Shown piece after piece: positions 8,627 through 22,631 of a stretch of 64,000 nt of DNA. Numbering within the stretch: position 1 is the stretch's first letter; each line of letters starts with the position of its first letter. A model generated the notes under the pieces. The model was not told where the DNA came from, did no database searches, and saw only the letters and a list, made by a program, of their open reading frames with translations. The DNA is from Iphione sp. A-MEVVRFRX5. Taxonomy: Eukaryota. The stretch is taken from NCBI GenBank assembly GCA_976226885.1, contig OZ320314.1, positions 106,950,001-107,014,000 of the forward strand, written 5' to 3'. The translations under genes were made by a program, and so were the position numbers.

Positions 8627-11347
8627 GTATACGACGTTTGTAAACCATTTATTTCTCCCTCATTCTTGTCTCCTCCTCCTCCGTTTGTTGCAATTATCTC
8701 CTATTATTTTACGTACCATAAGTAGTTATGTTTCGTTGTTGTCCCTTAGCGGGTTGTAGTTTCTTCCTTTCACCCATCTTGCTTCTACGTTGAAACCTAC
8801 AGCTAAGGATAGGACGTGGACCAGTTAATGGTTTCCTGAGCAGGGAAAATACCAATGAAGTAGTCATCTGTAATATATTTAGCGCCAAACTAAAGCTATA
8901 GAACAATTCACTAAACACAACTTTACGCCATTAGGCTGTTTACTGTTCGTGGAAGATTTCCTGTAAAAAGACGTCATTTTTACCAGGAATCAGTGGTAAA
9001 ACGTTACAAGGCTGCAACCACCTTGCGAATTAATGTAGAAAGACAAGCTATAGCTCATCTTCTTCCTTAGATCCTTTAGTTTCATATGAAGTTTGTTGCG
9101 TGAAAATCGGGCAATTAAGAGTCGTGTTCTTTGCTTGAGAAGGCAGTTTTCCTTAGCGTTTTACACATGACAGCCAGCAGAACGTAAACACTGTCGTCGG
9201 TTGACCTATGTCATTCACATAATCTCATTGGTTGCCACTAAGTTGTGGTATCATATCGACGTTGGTTAATCAAAATTGGACTAGCCTCCCAGAGATGCAG
9301 TCCAGCTGAAACAAAACACGATCAGGCACACACGTGGAAATACCAATATATTTGTCTCATATGGATTAATTTATAATGCCTCGTTGAATGAGTGTGCATT
9401 GGGAACTATTGCTAGTGGTTATTCCAGCAATATTTGATGACTAGTACCTTAAGAGGTGCCTCCGCAGAGAGGCGATCGCTAGGAAAATCCCGACTTTAAA
9501 GCAAAAAAGTCAAAAGATTACCTCATTAAAATCTGGTCTAAATTCACAAAATAAATCGATAGATCAACTGTTTCATCAACTAGATTTGTACGTAGGTTGT
9601 TTATGGGGGAAGAATATCAAAGATTCCGATGGGAATGAGACTGAAATGGAAACGACTACGGTTCAAGTTGACAAAAAGACAAAATGTTCTATGTGATAAA
9701 AGACTAAAAACCGACATAGTATCATTCCAAAAAGGAGCCATCTCAGCCCTTAACCTGATTCTATAAATGTGCACTGATAAACCAACGATTTTCTGGATCT
9801 ACCTAACATTTTACCTTGTTATGTGTTTCAAACCTAACCCTTTCTCTAGAGACATCTTGTTAATGATGGCATATTTCTCTCGGTGATGCTCCATCCAAAC
9901 CACTTGGTGAATATGTGTAAGTTAGGCTGAGAGAGAATGTCAACAGTTCATCAAAAAATAAGTCCGACCCAAAACATGTCGCTAACCTTAAGTGTACTGG
10001 GTGTCCGTTTAGTCAAAGACATTCATTCCCGTTTAAGTATCTGATGGTTAACCCTTCTTCACACCCTCACCCCCTACGACCACCCACCCCCCTGTCAGGG
10101 GGAGGGGAGACTGTGTCGTCACTGGATGGGTGGGTGGGAGCCGCGATACGTGCACTGTCGTCGGGATTTGCTTCACCTACAGATCCGCAGCAACTAGTGT
10201 TGGCGCTTACATGACTAGCTTAAATGGAAAAAAACCTAGTATCTGGTATCTCTACTTATGATACTTTGTCCCGGTAGTTCTGTCTTCACATTAGTTGGTA
10301 TATTTTATTGGTAACACTTGGTATCTTTATCCATTGCAGGTAGAAAAATTAATTTACCTTCATCAATTTTGCCGAAAAAAACACAAACGATTAATATCTT
10401 TATTATGGTACAAACTCAGAATTATGATCAACCTTTGGAGCAAGTAATTTTGCCATCTACACTGAGCTTCCCTGCTACCTATATTGGTTGTGGTATAAAA
10501 GATAAACCATTGGGACCAGTCGAATATATGAATTGAATACAAACTCATGAAGGTAGCCCTTGCACCATCCTGGTGGAAGAAAACTACGGGGAGTCTTCAT
10601 TTCACACATCAAAAAAACGCATTCAACAAAAGATATTCACGTACGCCCCGCACCGATGGAAGCAGTTCTGGGCACTCACATTGGCCATATTTCCTCACAA
10701 TCATGCACCAACATGCATGCCACTCATGGAAACATCGCTTTGCTTTGAGTACAAACTCACTTCTTGGTAATGCACACTTTCAGTGTGCAATACAGCAAGC
10801 TATAAGAATGACAAGTATTCAACAAGTACACAGTAAAACCGCACCATCCAGGTTTAGTAGAAAGCTAATCATACCATTTACTTTTGACATCCGACCAAGC
10901 GGCAAGAAAACAGCTGCATAAATGGACGATGCCAGAAGAAAGCCACTTGCTTGAGCTTAGTTGTTGTCTATTAAATTTTCAGCAACCAACAATTGATACA
11001 TTGCCATGTGACATGTTAAAATGATGTACGCCCATAATACCTGTCAATCAAAATGGTATTTGGCCAATGATGCAGTGTAGTCAATATCACATGTCACAAA
11101 TGTCCAACAACATTTCAGACAACATTTCATTGACGTCGTCACTCATATGTGCCAGGTTTTGTCTTGAATGGAAACACATCAGTTCTCCTGTGAAAAGAAT
11201 ACAGAACTGTGATGTTTCTGAGTAGAATTTTTTTTCTATTTTAACATTCTTTGTGACCATGTTAAAATTATGATTATCACAAGTCATTAATTATGCGATT
11301 ATGTCTATATGTAGATATATATCTATTGGAACATTGTAATGAATCAA

Positions 11348-11445
11348 TATTTATTTTCAAAGTACATGACAAAATATAGTACCTTAACACTGTGAAGACC
11401 ATTAAACTCTTGAACATTGTATGTGACTGTAGTAAAAGTATGATT
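11348..11445. repeat. Dispersed repeat fragment, similar copy at 55993-56096
   Basis: Shared blocks TATTTATTT(T)CAAAGTACATGA and ATGTGACYGTARTAAAAGTATGATT in the same order and orientation. Confidence 0.5.
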
Positions 11446-12039
11446 GTTTCATGTCATTACATGGTTGAGTTATGTAAATGTATGGAAATAAATCCATATA
11501 TTAAAGGCAAAAATCACTTGATTGGAGCCTTCTCATGAAAGATGCATGGCAACTGTTGACAAAACAGCTTGAAATAGTTGGTATAATATGCCATGTGATG
11601 GGTTGGCCTGGCTTTGTGGCTGTATTGCAACGTGTCAATTGACCTTTCGCTAAGAGGCTAAGATATTGTGAAGGCTTTACTTCCCTTTGGGAACTAGTGT
11701 CACTAAAATCTCTGGAAAATTACAAGGTGCAGATAATATTCAACATTTCAGTGAAGTTTATTCATTGGAAAAATATATTAGTTCAAACTGATCATAGTCA
11801 CCTGAAACTGGGTCTTGTCCAAGCCTTCCCGAGATTATTTGTTTTTATTCAGAGATTTCACCTGGCATGCCATTTGGAGCCACGATTTCACCACACAGTG
11901 TGGTGATCTTTCTATGTACACACCTTTATGCATGTATGTTATATAATTAATATATTTGTATATTGCATAATATGGAGGAATGTTGACTCTATTGGGTAAC
12001 TGAGCAACTGATTTATTGATACATGCTATAACGACATAT

Positions 12040-14640
12040 GCTTGTTTGATTTTGACGGAGCATGATATACTATGCGAGCAGCTCAATTCGGAGAAGTTTT
12101 GTTGTAAATGTGACAAAAAAACACGTCTCTCCAGCCAGTAGAAAATATAGAAGAGTATCCTCTATACCTGATGAGGCAGTTAAATCAAAGAAACTGATTT
12201 TTCAGACGATTAAGAGGTGAACAAGCGATTTGAAAATAAAACAAGTGCATGCTGAAGGTTTTGATGTTGACGAGGGCTGATACAAGTTTGGTGCCCGTGA
12301 AGAAGACTACAGATGCAGATGAGTGCTCTACCAATGATAGTTTGTCATCCTCAGATGATGGTTTTGGTATAGTGGATGATGACTGTCAGATGTCATAGTA
12401 TTGTAAAAATTATAACTCTAATTTGAATGGCGAATCTAAGAAACAAATGAGTCGAAAAATAGAGTCTGAGGTGATGGAAGGTTTATTACTGAATGTAAGG
12501 AAAAGCCTCATGGTGTGAATGCTTTTTGGGGGGGGGTCCCAAAAGGTGATGGAAGCCTGCATCCTATAACGGACTGTTCTATGCCCCAAAACATTTTGAT
12601 TAACAATTTTATGAACATTACTCACCAAGAGATTAGGTATCATTCAATTGATGATGCAAGTAATGTACTAGAGTTAGGTGACTGGACGAGCACATGTGAC
12701 ATTAAGAGTGCCTACCGTTCTGTCGTGCTAAACCCTAATTATCATCAATTTCATGGTTTCAGTTGAGAAGGCACAGATAGTATATATATATTTTATGTGA
12801 ACAATACATTATGTTTAGGTTTAAACATCTTCAATGAAATCTCTGAATTTATTGTATCAGAGCTCAGGCATAGGTGTGACGGTTTAGTAATTAACTACCT
12901 AGATGATTTTATTGTGATAGCTAGTACTGAAAATAAATATGATGACATGCAACATGCATTGAAAGAAGTTATCAGTGATGTTGGTTTCACAGTGTGTCCC
13001 ACCTACGAGACAATGTTAATTTTTAGGTATCGTAGTAGATTCAGCTGAGATGGAGTTATCCCTCCCTAAAGGGAAAGTAGTGAGTGTGAAGTGTAAAATC
13101 AAGGAGGCCATTGAGAAGGGAAAGTTAAGGAAAAAGGAGTTTGAAAGTTTGACCCACTCCCCGTCACACTGTGTTTCTGTAGTAAAAGGAGGCCAAAGTC
13201 ACACAAGGAATCTATAATGTGATGAAAGAGTTGAAAGGAAGTAAAGAAACTGTAACCATTAATGAAGAAGTTATTGGGGATTTGAAGTGGTGGTTAAAAT
13301 TTATCAGTATTTTCAATAGTAAGAAGTGTATAATCAAAACCAGGGCAGTCTCAACTGTAACTGACTCTTCCTTAAAAGGGTTTGGTAGGTGGTTTGACAG
13401 AAACTGGTATTATGGAAAATAGGACAGTGAGATTTGACTTATTGATTGACCATCACCTCGAGACTCCACCTACTTTTGATGTATTTGACAAATACATTAA
13501 TAATTCTGAACTTTGGGTTGTCATGCTAGCGCTAAAAATATACTAAGATAGTGCTCTTCCCTGTGGATAATTAATAATCAGTATTATATATGCTGAGAAT
13601 GAGTAGAAGTAGAAATAGGCCTTGTATGAGAGGGCTTTGTGAAATTTTCTGGTGCTGTGTCCTGAGGAACATTGTTTTCAAAGTAGAATATATTTCTTCT
13701 GAGAGCAACTACATAGCTGATGCCATCTCAAGGGCCTATGATATACAGATTGTTAAAAGACTGTTGGATGATCTTTGGATCTGTCATGCATGCTGTGGAT
13801 ATAAAATCAAATTTATTTGCAGAGAAACTCTGGTGTCTGAAAAACGAGACGTCCATGCTGAAAGAGGAAGCCACATCAAGTGACACGAAATAATGCAGGA
13901 AACTTCAATTACAGTGATAATCAGATGATGCTCTTCCCTTGTAGATCATATTATGATCTGATCAGTTTTCCATGCTCATCATTTCAAGCTGAACTTAATT
14001 CAACGTATCTTTGCAGGGGGATGTGTTATAGCTCAATTACAACTACCTGTCTGGTCTTATTTATGGGTGTTTTGAAGTTATTTCACCAAGTTATGACGAT
14101 TTCAGTATTTCTCAAATTTTATCCGGTTTAAAAAGGTGTACTGATAGAAAACTTGTTTGTGCTCATGCCTTGACCCTGTTGCATTTAAAAATAATTATTG
14201 ATATCTCATTCTGACGTATTGGACCAGTTTTGCTGGTTAGCATGTATTGTTGTCTTCCGTTGTTTATTAAGGAAACAGATTTTCACCTCAAGTGATGGCT
14301 TGAGGTAGGGTGATTTTGAATTTTGCGATTTGAATGTAAACACCTATGTATGCAGAGGAAAATGTGTATCTTCTTCTTTGTAAATCTTATCAATTTTGTG
14401 TTGTGTCTTGGCTAAAAACTTGGCAAGTGAGACACCATTTGAGTGATGATCAACTTTTCTCATGTATCACTATTTTCTCATGTACACAATGGTAAAACTT
14501 TGGTCGTTGGTATATTTGCCTACAATTCATAGCAACCTCCTTATACAGTGGAACTAGAGCTCATAGTGGAGGCACAGTGAGTATAGTATGTGCTTCGCAG
14601 TTCAAATGGTAGTATATTATTCTTAGATAAGAGTTCACGA
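12040..14640 (+). mobile_element. Element 3: decayed, internally deleted Ngaro-type YR retrotransposon
   Basis: Remnants occur in order: gag start (KFCCKCDKK/HVSP), RT (PKGDGSLHPITDCS, DIKSAYR, NYLDDF), RNase H (TDSS, NYIADAISR) and YR (CYSS, WLAC..FRCLLRK, CVVSWLKTW, AHS-GG). Many stops and frameshifts; no 3' repeats found. Confidence 0.88.
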
Positions 14641-15044
14641 TCAGAGAGAGACCTTCCCCAAACTGTACTAAGTGCTTTCATTAGTTGCGTCTCCAATTTG
14701 TGAAGTATGGGCTTGGAATAACAGTGTATTGACCTTAGACTGTAATCGAGGTAGCAATGAAATATGACCTCAGCACAGTTGCAGCAGCTGAACTATTACT
14801 CTGTCATTTGACGTACCTTAGTAGGTTTGTAAGGCCGTAGGTTTTCTTTATCTTCCTTTTCAATTCCAAGTCCATACATAGTTACTGTCTAGTAAGAAGC
14901 CAATTCATGTTGAATTCTTCACCTGCGTTAATACATGACCATCTATTGCTATATTGATCTTGTACATGCTTCTACTTGAAGGGAACAACATTGACTCGGT
15001 CCTGTCCTTGTTAATCCTGATACCATTGACGTGGCATCACTTGT

Positions 15045-15393
15045 TTAGTGTAAATAGTTCTTGATATAGGACTGCATTGATATGTAAAATTTACATAAGC
15101 CCAATAGCATAGTTGAAACCTGATGCTTGGTCGATTACTCTCTAGCGCCCAAACCTACTATTATTACAAAAACGCTCATTGCCTATGACTACCATGGTAT
15201 CTCTCCAGGAAACATACTTAGTGTAAATAGTTCTTGATATAGGACTGCATTGATATGTAAAATTTTACATAAGCCCAATAGCATAGTTGAAACCTGATGC
15301 TTGGTCGATTACTCTCTAGCGCCCAAACCTACTATTATTACAAAAACGCTCATTGCCTATGACTACCATGGTATCTCTCCAGGAAACATACTT
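15045..15393. repeat. Near-perfect tandem duplication, unit 173-174 bp, 2 copies
   Basis: Units start TTAGTGTAAATAG at 15045 and 15218; the only difference seen is one extra T. Confidence 0.9.
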
Positions 15394-18300
15394 TTTTCAT
15401 GTCTGTGTCTTTATTCCTATTCCAGAGATATGTCCTTAAATACATCCCTGCATTTATCTAAGCCCTACAGCAAAGGACCCTCTGTAATGCCACCCTTGTC
15501 CCTATACCTATCGCTACTAACTCGGCATCCTCTATCTCAACACCTTTGTGCATTTTTTGTATAAGCCTGCACCTCTGAATCTTCTGGAAAGCTTATGTTG
15601 TACTGCAACGTAGACGTTGATTAATAAACAAATTCAAATTCAGAATTCACCATTTATGTCTAACCTCCGCCAAAACCATGACAGATAATACTCAAGAAGT
15701 ACTCCAGGAAGCAGTAGCGTGCCTCCTGCACTACAAGCTCTTACCCCCCTCCCCAGCGACGCCGTATGCGTTTAAGATGAAATATTCAAGGCCGATGGGT
15801 GTTGGTTGTGAGCAGGGGTGGGATGAGGCAGGGAGGAAGTGGGTCGGTTGCAGAGGGGTCGGATGGATTCTCGGGTTTTGTTACATTCATCAGTGGTATG
15901 CACCTTCGGCAATGGCCATTCGCTCTGCTTTAACCACATGCTCTTTCGCTCTTTCGGTCTATATTCAGCTCCGCAGCCGCTCATACGAATTTTGTTTGTG
16001 CGTGTGTGTTTGTATGTCAAAACATTAATATTAGACGTGCTATTTACCGGTATATATGCTGCTTAAACAAGAATACACTGAAGAATGGATAAAAAAAAGT
16101 TGAATAAACCTCTTACACTTCCTCTTTCTTTTCCCTCACTTGGCGTTCACGAATCTAGACTTCGTATCTACGCTTACACACTACATGAAAAAAGGCCTGA
16201 AGGGGGGTCTGGCCAATACAAAGAAACCGGTTAATTGCGTGAATAATAAATGATTTGTTTCAATCATTCATATATTTGGAAATCATTGAAAATTGATGCA
16301 CATTTTGTGTGTTAACGTAGACTGAAAGCAACCGGCAGTTTTAGTCCTACATTTGCAAAGCTAAGTTGGAACCTCACTCGGTATCTAAGCTGCACCAAGC
16401 AGAACTTCACCTCACGTCGTTACGATGAGTGCCTGTTAGCAGCTAGTGTCGGTGCAGGTAGAAAGACATGGTCATAAGGATGGGGTGTCTGATAGGAAGA
16501 AGTGAACATGCCTCTATTATCAAAGACAACAATTTTACTACAGTGTCCCGGGTTAATAATTCACAACATGAACGACTTGCAAAGGTAACAGGACAAAGCT
16601 GCTAGTATGGTAGATAAGAAATCGGTTTATACATATTTCAAATGTAATCTGTTGTCACTACAGGGTGTCGTTATTGACAAATAAATTATTGTTAATTGTT
16701 GGTCTATGTACTTGATACATGTAATGCCCTTTACATGTTGATATATTGTTGGTTGATATGCCATTCACATGAATGAAACAATTGCATGACGGTGTTACAA
16801 AGTGCAACTTGGAAATGCTTGACGTTTGATTCAATGCGTCTATATTTATTGAACACTAAGCAGCACAAGATCAGAGAAGATCAAAGAATGGTGTTGGCAT
16901 TGATGCATTATATGAAGAGTGATTGGATATAATTAACACTTCGATTTTTGAACTCCGACTTAGGTGAACACCAATGTTACCTCTCACCCTAGTTCACAAA
17001 TCCACCTTCTAAGATTGAGTAGCCATTACATTTGATGCTATCTTTATGAACTTCTTGCTGATGCCTACATCTTCCGATATTCCGTCAACTTATGTCAGTT
17101 TTGTGGGTGTCATGACACTTAAATATGCGCTACACCTACATATCACCTTTTGGCAAACCCTGCGTGCCTACAGATAGGATCTTGCTGTATCTGCTTTATA
17201 TAGAGATATTAGTACCTATATCTTTACAGTTTAAAAAAGACTGCCTTTATAATAAGCTTATTTTATTAACTTAATCTTAAGTTTATCAACTTTATCTTAA
17301 AGCGAAACAGCTGTTTACAAGAGTCAGTTCCTCAGTTAGCACATTGCCACCGTGCCTTTGTTCTCTCGCTCTCTCTCACTCGCTCTCTCTCCTTTTCTCT
17401 CTCTTCTCCATTTCAGGTAATTTCCTTTAACACCCCTTTGCATATTGTAGCATTTGGGCCTTGAATAATGGGTGCAGCTGAAGATATTCCCTGGTGCATC
17501 GTATTCGTAAAAGAAGAAAAGAAATCTACAGAGGGATGGATTTACGCCAAATGAAATGTTTATTTATAGTTTCCTGCATTTGTGTACAAATTTCACCTCA
17601 ATGACATGGCAAAGTAAGTTTGGAACTCAATTTTTATTTTACTTCAACAATTTCTAATTTAAAGGTCTCAAAGGTTTTCCTTGGCCCATCAAAAGGCTTA
17701 CCAACCTGCAGCCAATGGACCGATCACCAAATTATGTCATTTTGTAATAAAATGATGTTGCTTACACTCGCAGTAATTTTTACTATAAGTCAGTGACAAA
17801 CCTTTACATGGCAATGGAATCCTTTCAGTCATGGCTCATATTTTTTTGTAGGACCCCTGTTAATATATTAATGTCTTTTATGATATGTACATACACAGTT
17901 TAGGCTTAATTAAAAAACAAAGAATCTAAATTTCGATCTAAATGATGATTGTCACTCAGATTTTTCAAAAGTACATTCAGTGTTACCATACTACCTCTCA
18001 CATGTCAGCCTGCCCGCAGGGAGGAAGATCCATAGGTTGGCATGTGAACTTGGCTCTGTGAACTCTATGATTACTGGTGCCTACAGCATCGCAGGTATTT
18101 CCTTGCAAAATGTACTTGGTGAACTCTAGGACTAAGGGTGTCTTTGGTACGATAGACAAAGTTAGGGGTAGAGGTGACCTTGAACCCTGGATTCCAAGGC
18201 ACCTGTTATTTTGTAGCTAGCTGCTTTAAGCAGATTTGTATAGAACAACCACACAAGTGATATTGTATTCATGGTCACCTGACATTCACATTTTGTATAA

Positions 18301-18654
18301 ATATGGGCCCTGTGTGGTCAATAAAACAATCTGCACTTGGAACTACTGAGTAGAACTTGTTGATCTGGGGATGCTAAGCAGAAAAAATCCACTTGGACCC
18401 AAGGGTTGACACTTGGAAAAAACTTCTACGTAGCAAACTGTTGTAATGAAACAGTTTGACAAGTGATAGATACATATCGATTAGAGGGCTGTATGCGATA
18501 TATTGTCACGGTAGGGATTAGCACGAGGCGCACCCGAGTGTGTAGCCCTGCTGTGACAATGTATCAAGTACAACCCTCTACAAGGTATGTATCTCACTTA
18601 AAGTCATGGCTCCTCTCCCTCTGTTGCAGTATTACAGTGTTACAGAAGGAAAAC

Positions 18655-18885
18655 AACAGGTAATAGACAGCTCTACAGAGCATTACAGGGTACACACAAC
18701 AGGTAACAGAAACCTCTACAGAGCATTACAGGGAACACACATCAGGTAACAGACACCTCTACAGAGGGTTACAGAAGGCAGACACCACAGGGAACAGACA
18801 CCTCCACAGACAGTTACAGTGGGTTACCGGAGACCTGTACAGGGAGTAACAGTAGAGACACAATAGGTAACAGACATATCTACAA
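18655..18885. repeat. Degenerating 43-bp minisatellite
   Basis: A(A/T)CAGGTAA unit starts at 18655, 18698 and 18741, then decays. Confidence 0.75.
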
Positions 18886-18909
18886 CATATGTCCACCAAC
18901 TACAGTCAG

Positions 18910-18985
18910 GTCTCTGTGGCCTAGTTGGTTAGACTGCCGACACACCTTGGTAGAGGACCTGCGTGGGTTCGAGTCCCCTCTGATG
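18910..18985 (+). mobile_element. tRNA-derived SINE head or tRNA pseudogene
   Basis: A-box TGGCCTAGTTGG at 18917-18928 and B-box GGTTCGAGTCC at 18966-18976; cloverleaf stems are broken. Confidence 0.6.
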
Positions 18986-21072
18986 CTTGTTCAGTTGTGA
19001 TTGGGAGTGGTTTAAAGACAATTATGGGCCTGTCATGGTCTCATACCTACAAACGCTAATCCAAACAATGACTTTACGCGGTATATTAGCACACTTTGCC
19101 ATATAGGCCTAAAGAGAAAAAAAGATGGCCGCCATGCTTTAATACAGTTTAACACATATTCTAATTTCAATGGAAAATGAACTTGAGACTACTCATGTAG
19201 ATTGTTTCAAACTACAGGTATCATAAATAAATAAGCATTTATGTCAAGAATATGAACAAAGCATTGCTCTGCAGTTATACTACTTGCCATACAGATTATA
19301 ATAAGCTCCCGCTTAATTAGACAGATTTCATGAAAAATCAATGTAAAAGTGCAAAATTTGTAGATATGAAGTAATATCAACATGACTGAAATCATTTAGT
19401 ACACACTATAAAATATATAACGCATTGTAAAACCTTCTATCGGCTACTCAGTCTAACAGGTGTTCATATGAAAAGCACTATGAAAGTCTATGATCTAAAC
19501 TGACAGCTTGGAGACGATTATCAAGCGATTGAAAGCCAGAAATTCTGTGCATTGCTTTTGATCAGATTCAGATACAAATAAATACCATAAAAATCAAGAT
19601 CAATTGATAGATGTTTGTATTGGTACTTCGCAGGTGCCCGATGTACATCAGATGGCTTTTTATGTCGGAGTACTGGAGTACTTGCATTTCTATTAGGACT
19701 TTTCTTATACAAATAATTGTCTCTGTTTCAGTCCTTCGTTGGTGGAAATAGACCCTCTGGTGAGTACCTATATCCTCTACCTTCTGTTAAGGCTTCTCTT
19801 GTGCTTAGAAAAGACACTGAATTTAGTCTTCAAGCAGTTTAGGTGACCACGGCATCCGGGAAGGACAGACGTGACTATTGTTCATCACATCCACTGAGTA
19901 TTAGGCCGGGCTGAGAGAATGCGTCTTCAATGTTGCAGGTCTTGCGGCAGTGGTAAAAGCCCTGGCTGAAAAGTGAGGGGGGAAATGAGAGGCGAAAAAA
20001 ACTGTGTTTCTCATACGAAACATATCAAACATATCAATTTTGTTCGTAGTCGAATATAGTGTGTTCATGTCTGTGCAAATTGCTGAAGGACCCACTGACT
20101 AGGTGGATGAGGGTTAAAATGCAAGTGTAACAAGACACAAAACAGAATTTTATTCATAGCAGTGGACCCGTTGTGCAAGCCATCCAGCTACAGTGCAGCT
20201 TTTCCTGACAGCATGGTGGTTGCTGCATCACTTAATTAAATCCCTGAATTTGGAACATTCTCAACATATCGGCTGCAGATAGGTTGATCAGATCGCGGAA
20301 TTATGAAAAATGCCGTCACACTTATCCTATGTGGCAGAGGTACTGGCACAAGAGGCTGAAGGCCTACTTTTAAGATGACGCCTATTGGGCTGTAGTAGTA
20401 CATTCTCAGAATTCTCGTCTTCGCCATCGACAAGCGTCACTGCACAGATGTTAATGCTAGATGTCATGACGAAACCCATCTCACACTGGCTCTGGATGCA
20501 GTGACTGTTCATATGGCCTTTTTAAAATCAACAGCTGCACTGGATGCAATGTAAACGAAGTGACGTATAGGAACTGTCGTGATTGTCTGCCGTATTCATA
20601 TAATCCATTCATATATCTTTACACTGTACATACATGCGGGCCTCACTGTCTGCAAAACACAATGAAGCATAAAAGAGCTGTGGAAACCTTGCTCTAAAAA
20701 GTCGCCTGAAATGGTATAACCGTGCATGCATGTTCCTATATCATCGATATTTAAGTCTGGCTTTAGATCAAGCTGAAACACCATACCGCATACCGCTTAT
20801 AGAAACCAATGAAGGCATTTCGGAGCAAGTAGGACTGTATACTAGACATAGAGTACATAACTTGTAGACTGTATATCCAAGGGGAAGCGTTGATGTTTAC
20901 AAACAAGGAATTGAACTTCAGGAAGTTTGCAGCAATAATAGACTTCGCAATACTTGGATATCACTCCACAAAGGAAAATTTTATCTATATGTGCCCGCAA
21001 GCCACAGGAGTACATAGCATGGGACTATTTCGTTCTGAAAGGAGGTCTGGCATCAAATTGATATTTACTCAG

Positions 21073-22119
21073 ATGTATATGAGCAAATTCCAAGATATAA
21101 AAGGATACATTGCTGGTATTGTTGCAGGTCTACTTGATACTGTTACAAATGCATCTGCACAACTGCTCAATGATACAGTGCCTGTATTTCAACTTTGTTT
21201 CGGACGTTTATTTTGTCAGCTTCTTCTCTGTGCAGTGTATCTATTGTTAGTAAGAAATGCTAATCCCTTTGTGTATGGTTCACTAGTAAATGTACCATGG
21301 TTAATACTGACATTTGTTTTTAGTATGGTAACAAACATATATTTTATTAATGCCGTTTTCTACTTACCAATAGGAACCTTTTCCTTTTGTGTAATGGTAG
21401 GACAGTTATCATTTATCTCGGTCCTGATGCGTACCTTGTTTCACAAGAGAATCTCATCTTTTCAGTACATATGTTTTTTGTTTATTGCCGTTGGGGGTTT
21501 TCTACTTCTTCAGCCATTGCCTCATTTTCACCGCAACATTCACATGAATTGTTATGAAGTTCCTCAGCTTAAGCTCAGGCTCAACTTAAGCAGCTCAATA
21601 GACCATACATCAAATATCACTCCAAGAACTCCGACACAAATAGCCACTATAAAACAAATGAGCATTGGTGTCATTTTCGTCATCATTGGAAGTGCCTGTT
21701 CAGCTGGACGCACTGTCGTATTGCACAACATCCTATGTGAAGTACCAACAATTGTAATTAACTTTTGGGGCGCTACTTTTGGTTGTATTAGCATGCTACT
21801 ACTCCTGCTGTATATGGATGAACCTGTTGTTCCCCACAGCACAAGGGTTGTGTTCCTCATACTTGTATACAGTTTCTCAACCTCTTCTATGTCTATGACG
21901 TTTGTGTATGCTACACAGATGCTACACCCTGTTGCTTGTACCCTCCTGCTTAACATGTCTTGTGTATATAGTTTTATACTGCAAAATATTTTTCCTTGTG
22001 TCCTTATGAGTGGATATCGAAACATAGGTGAAGTGGTTGGGGCCGTCATTATATCTGGCAGCACAATTGCCTGTACCTATCTATCTCATATCCAGCAGGA
22101 TAATGTGCTCTTACATTGA
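21073..22119 (+). CDS. Intronless EamA/DMT-superfamily transporter, SLC35G-like (ORF open from 20890; start ATG uncertain)
   Basis: About 349 aa with about 10 hydrophobic segments in two repeats (VPVFQLCFGRLFCQ..., YLPIGT..., LFHKRIS..., GEVVGAVII). AATAAA at 22392-22397. Confidence 0.8.
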   Translation: MYMSKFQDIKGYIAGIVAGLLDTVTNASAQLLNDTVPVFQLCFGRLFCQLLLCAVYLLLVRNANPFVYGSLVNVPWLILTFVFSMVTNIYFINAVFYLPIGTFSFCVMVGQLSFISVLMRTLFHKRISSFQYICFLFIAVGGFLLLQPLPHFHRNIHMNCYEVPQLKLRLNLSSSIDHTSNITPRTPTQIATIKQMSIGVIFVIIGSACSAGRTVVLHNILCEVPTIVINFWGATFGCISMLLLLLYMDEPVVPHSTRVVFLILVYSFSTSSMSMTFVYATQMLHPVACTLLLNMSCVYSFILQNIFPCVLMSGYRNIGEVVGAVIISGSTIACTYLSHIQQDNVLLH

Positions 22120-22631
22120 TTTCATAATGGCAATTATAATGTAAAACAAAACAGTTGAACTGGTTTAATTGGATTTCAAAATAAATTATACCTTGCAATG
22201 TAAAATGATGGTACATTTTGTAATGTTAAGCACTCCAACGCCATCGTGTGATGCACTATTTCAATCAAGAGATTTACGTCCACCGAGTAATTAACTTGAT
22301 GAGGTCTCATTTGAAGAACATAGATTACATAAAGTACATACATTACATACATTTTATATACTATATACACATAAACATTACAATATACATAAATAAAATG
22401 GAAGGGGCAAGGAGGAAATAAGTAAAAGACGGAAAGTCAACCCACGTTTTCAGTAGGAGGCAATTTTCACAACAGGAAATTGCAATCAATATCTGACAGA
22501 AAGCAATCTTCTCCAAGACCATTGTATTTTTTGCTCTTCCAAGAACTTGCTTAACAGTCCCAGCACAGGTGCACCGACGGACTAGTTACCTTAGACTGCA
22601 TCGGGAAAAGGGACCTGAGCACCGGGAAAAG

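Noticed and set aside
12268-12273. TGA-CGA in element 3 as a relic readthrough site
   Set aside because: The region is deleted and frameshifted; it cannot be placed in the gag or pol frame.
17380-17425. Polypyrimidine tract plus CAG as an exon acceptor
   Set aside because: It could be a (CT)n microsatellite; no coding exon follows.
18910-18985. Functional tRNA gene
   Set aside because: Acceptor, D and T stems do not pair properly; kept as a SINE head.
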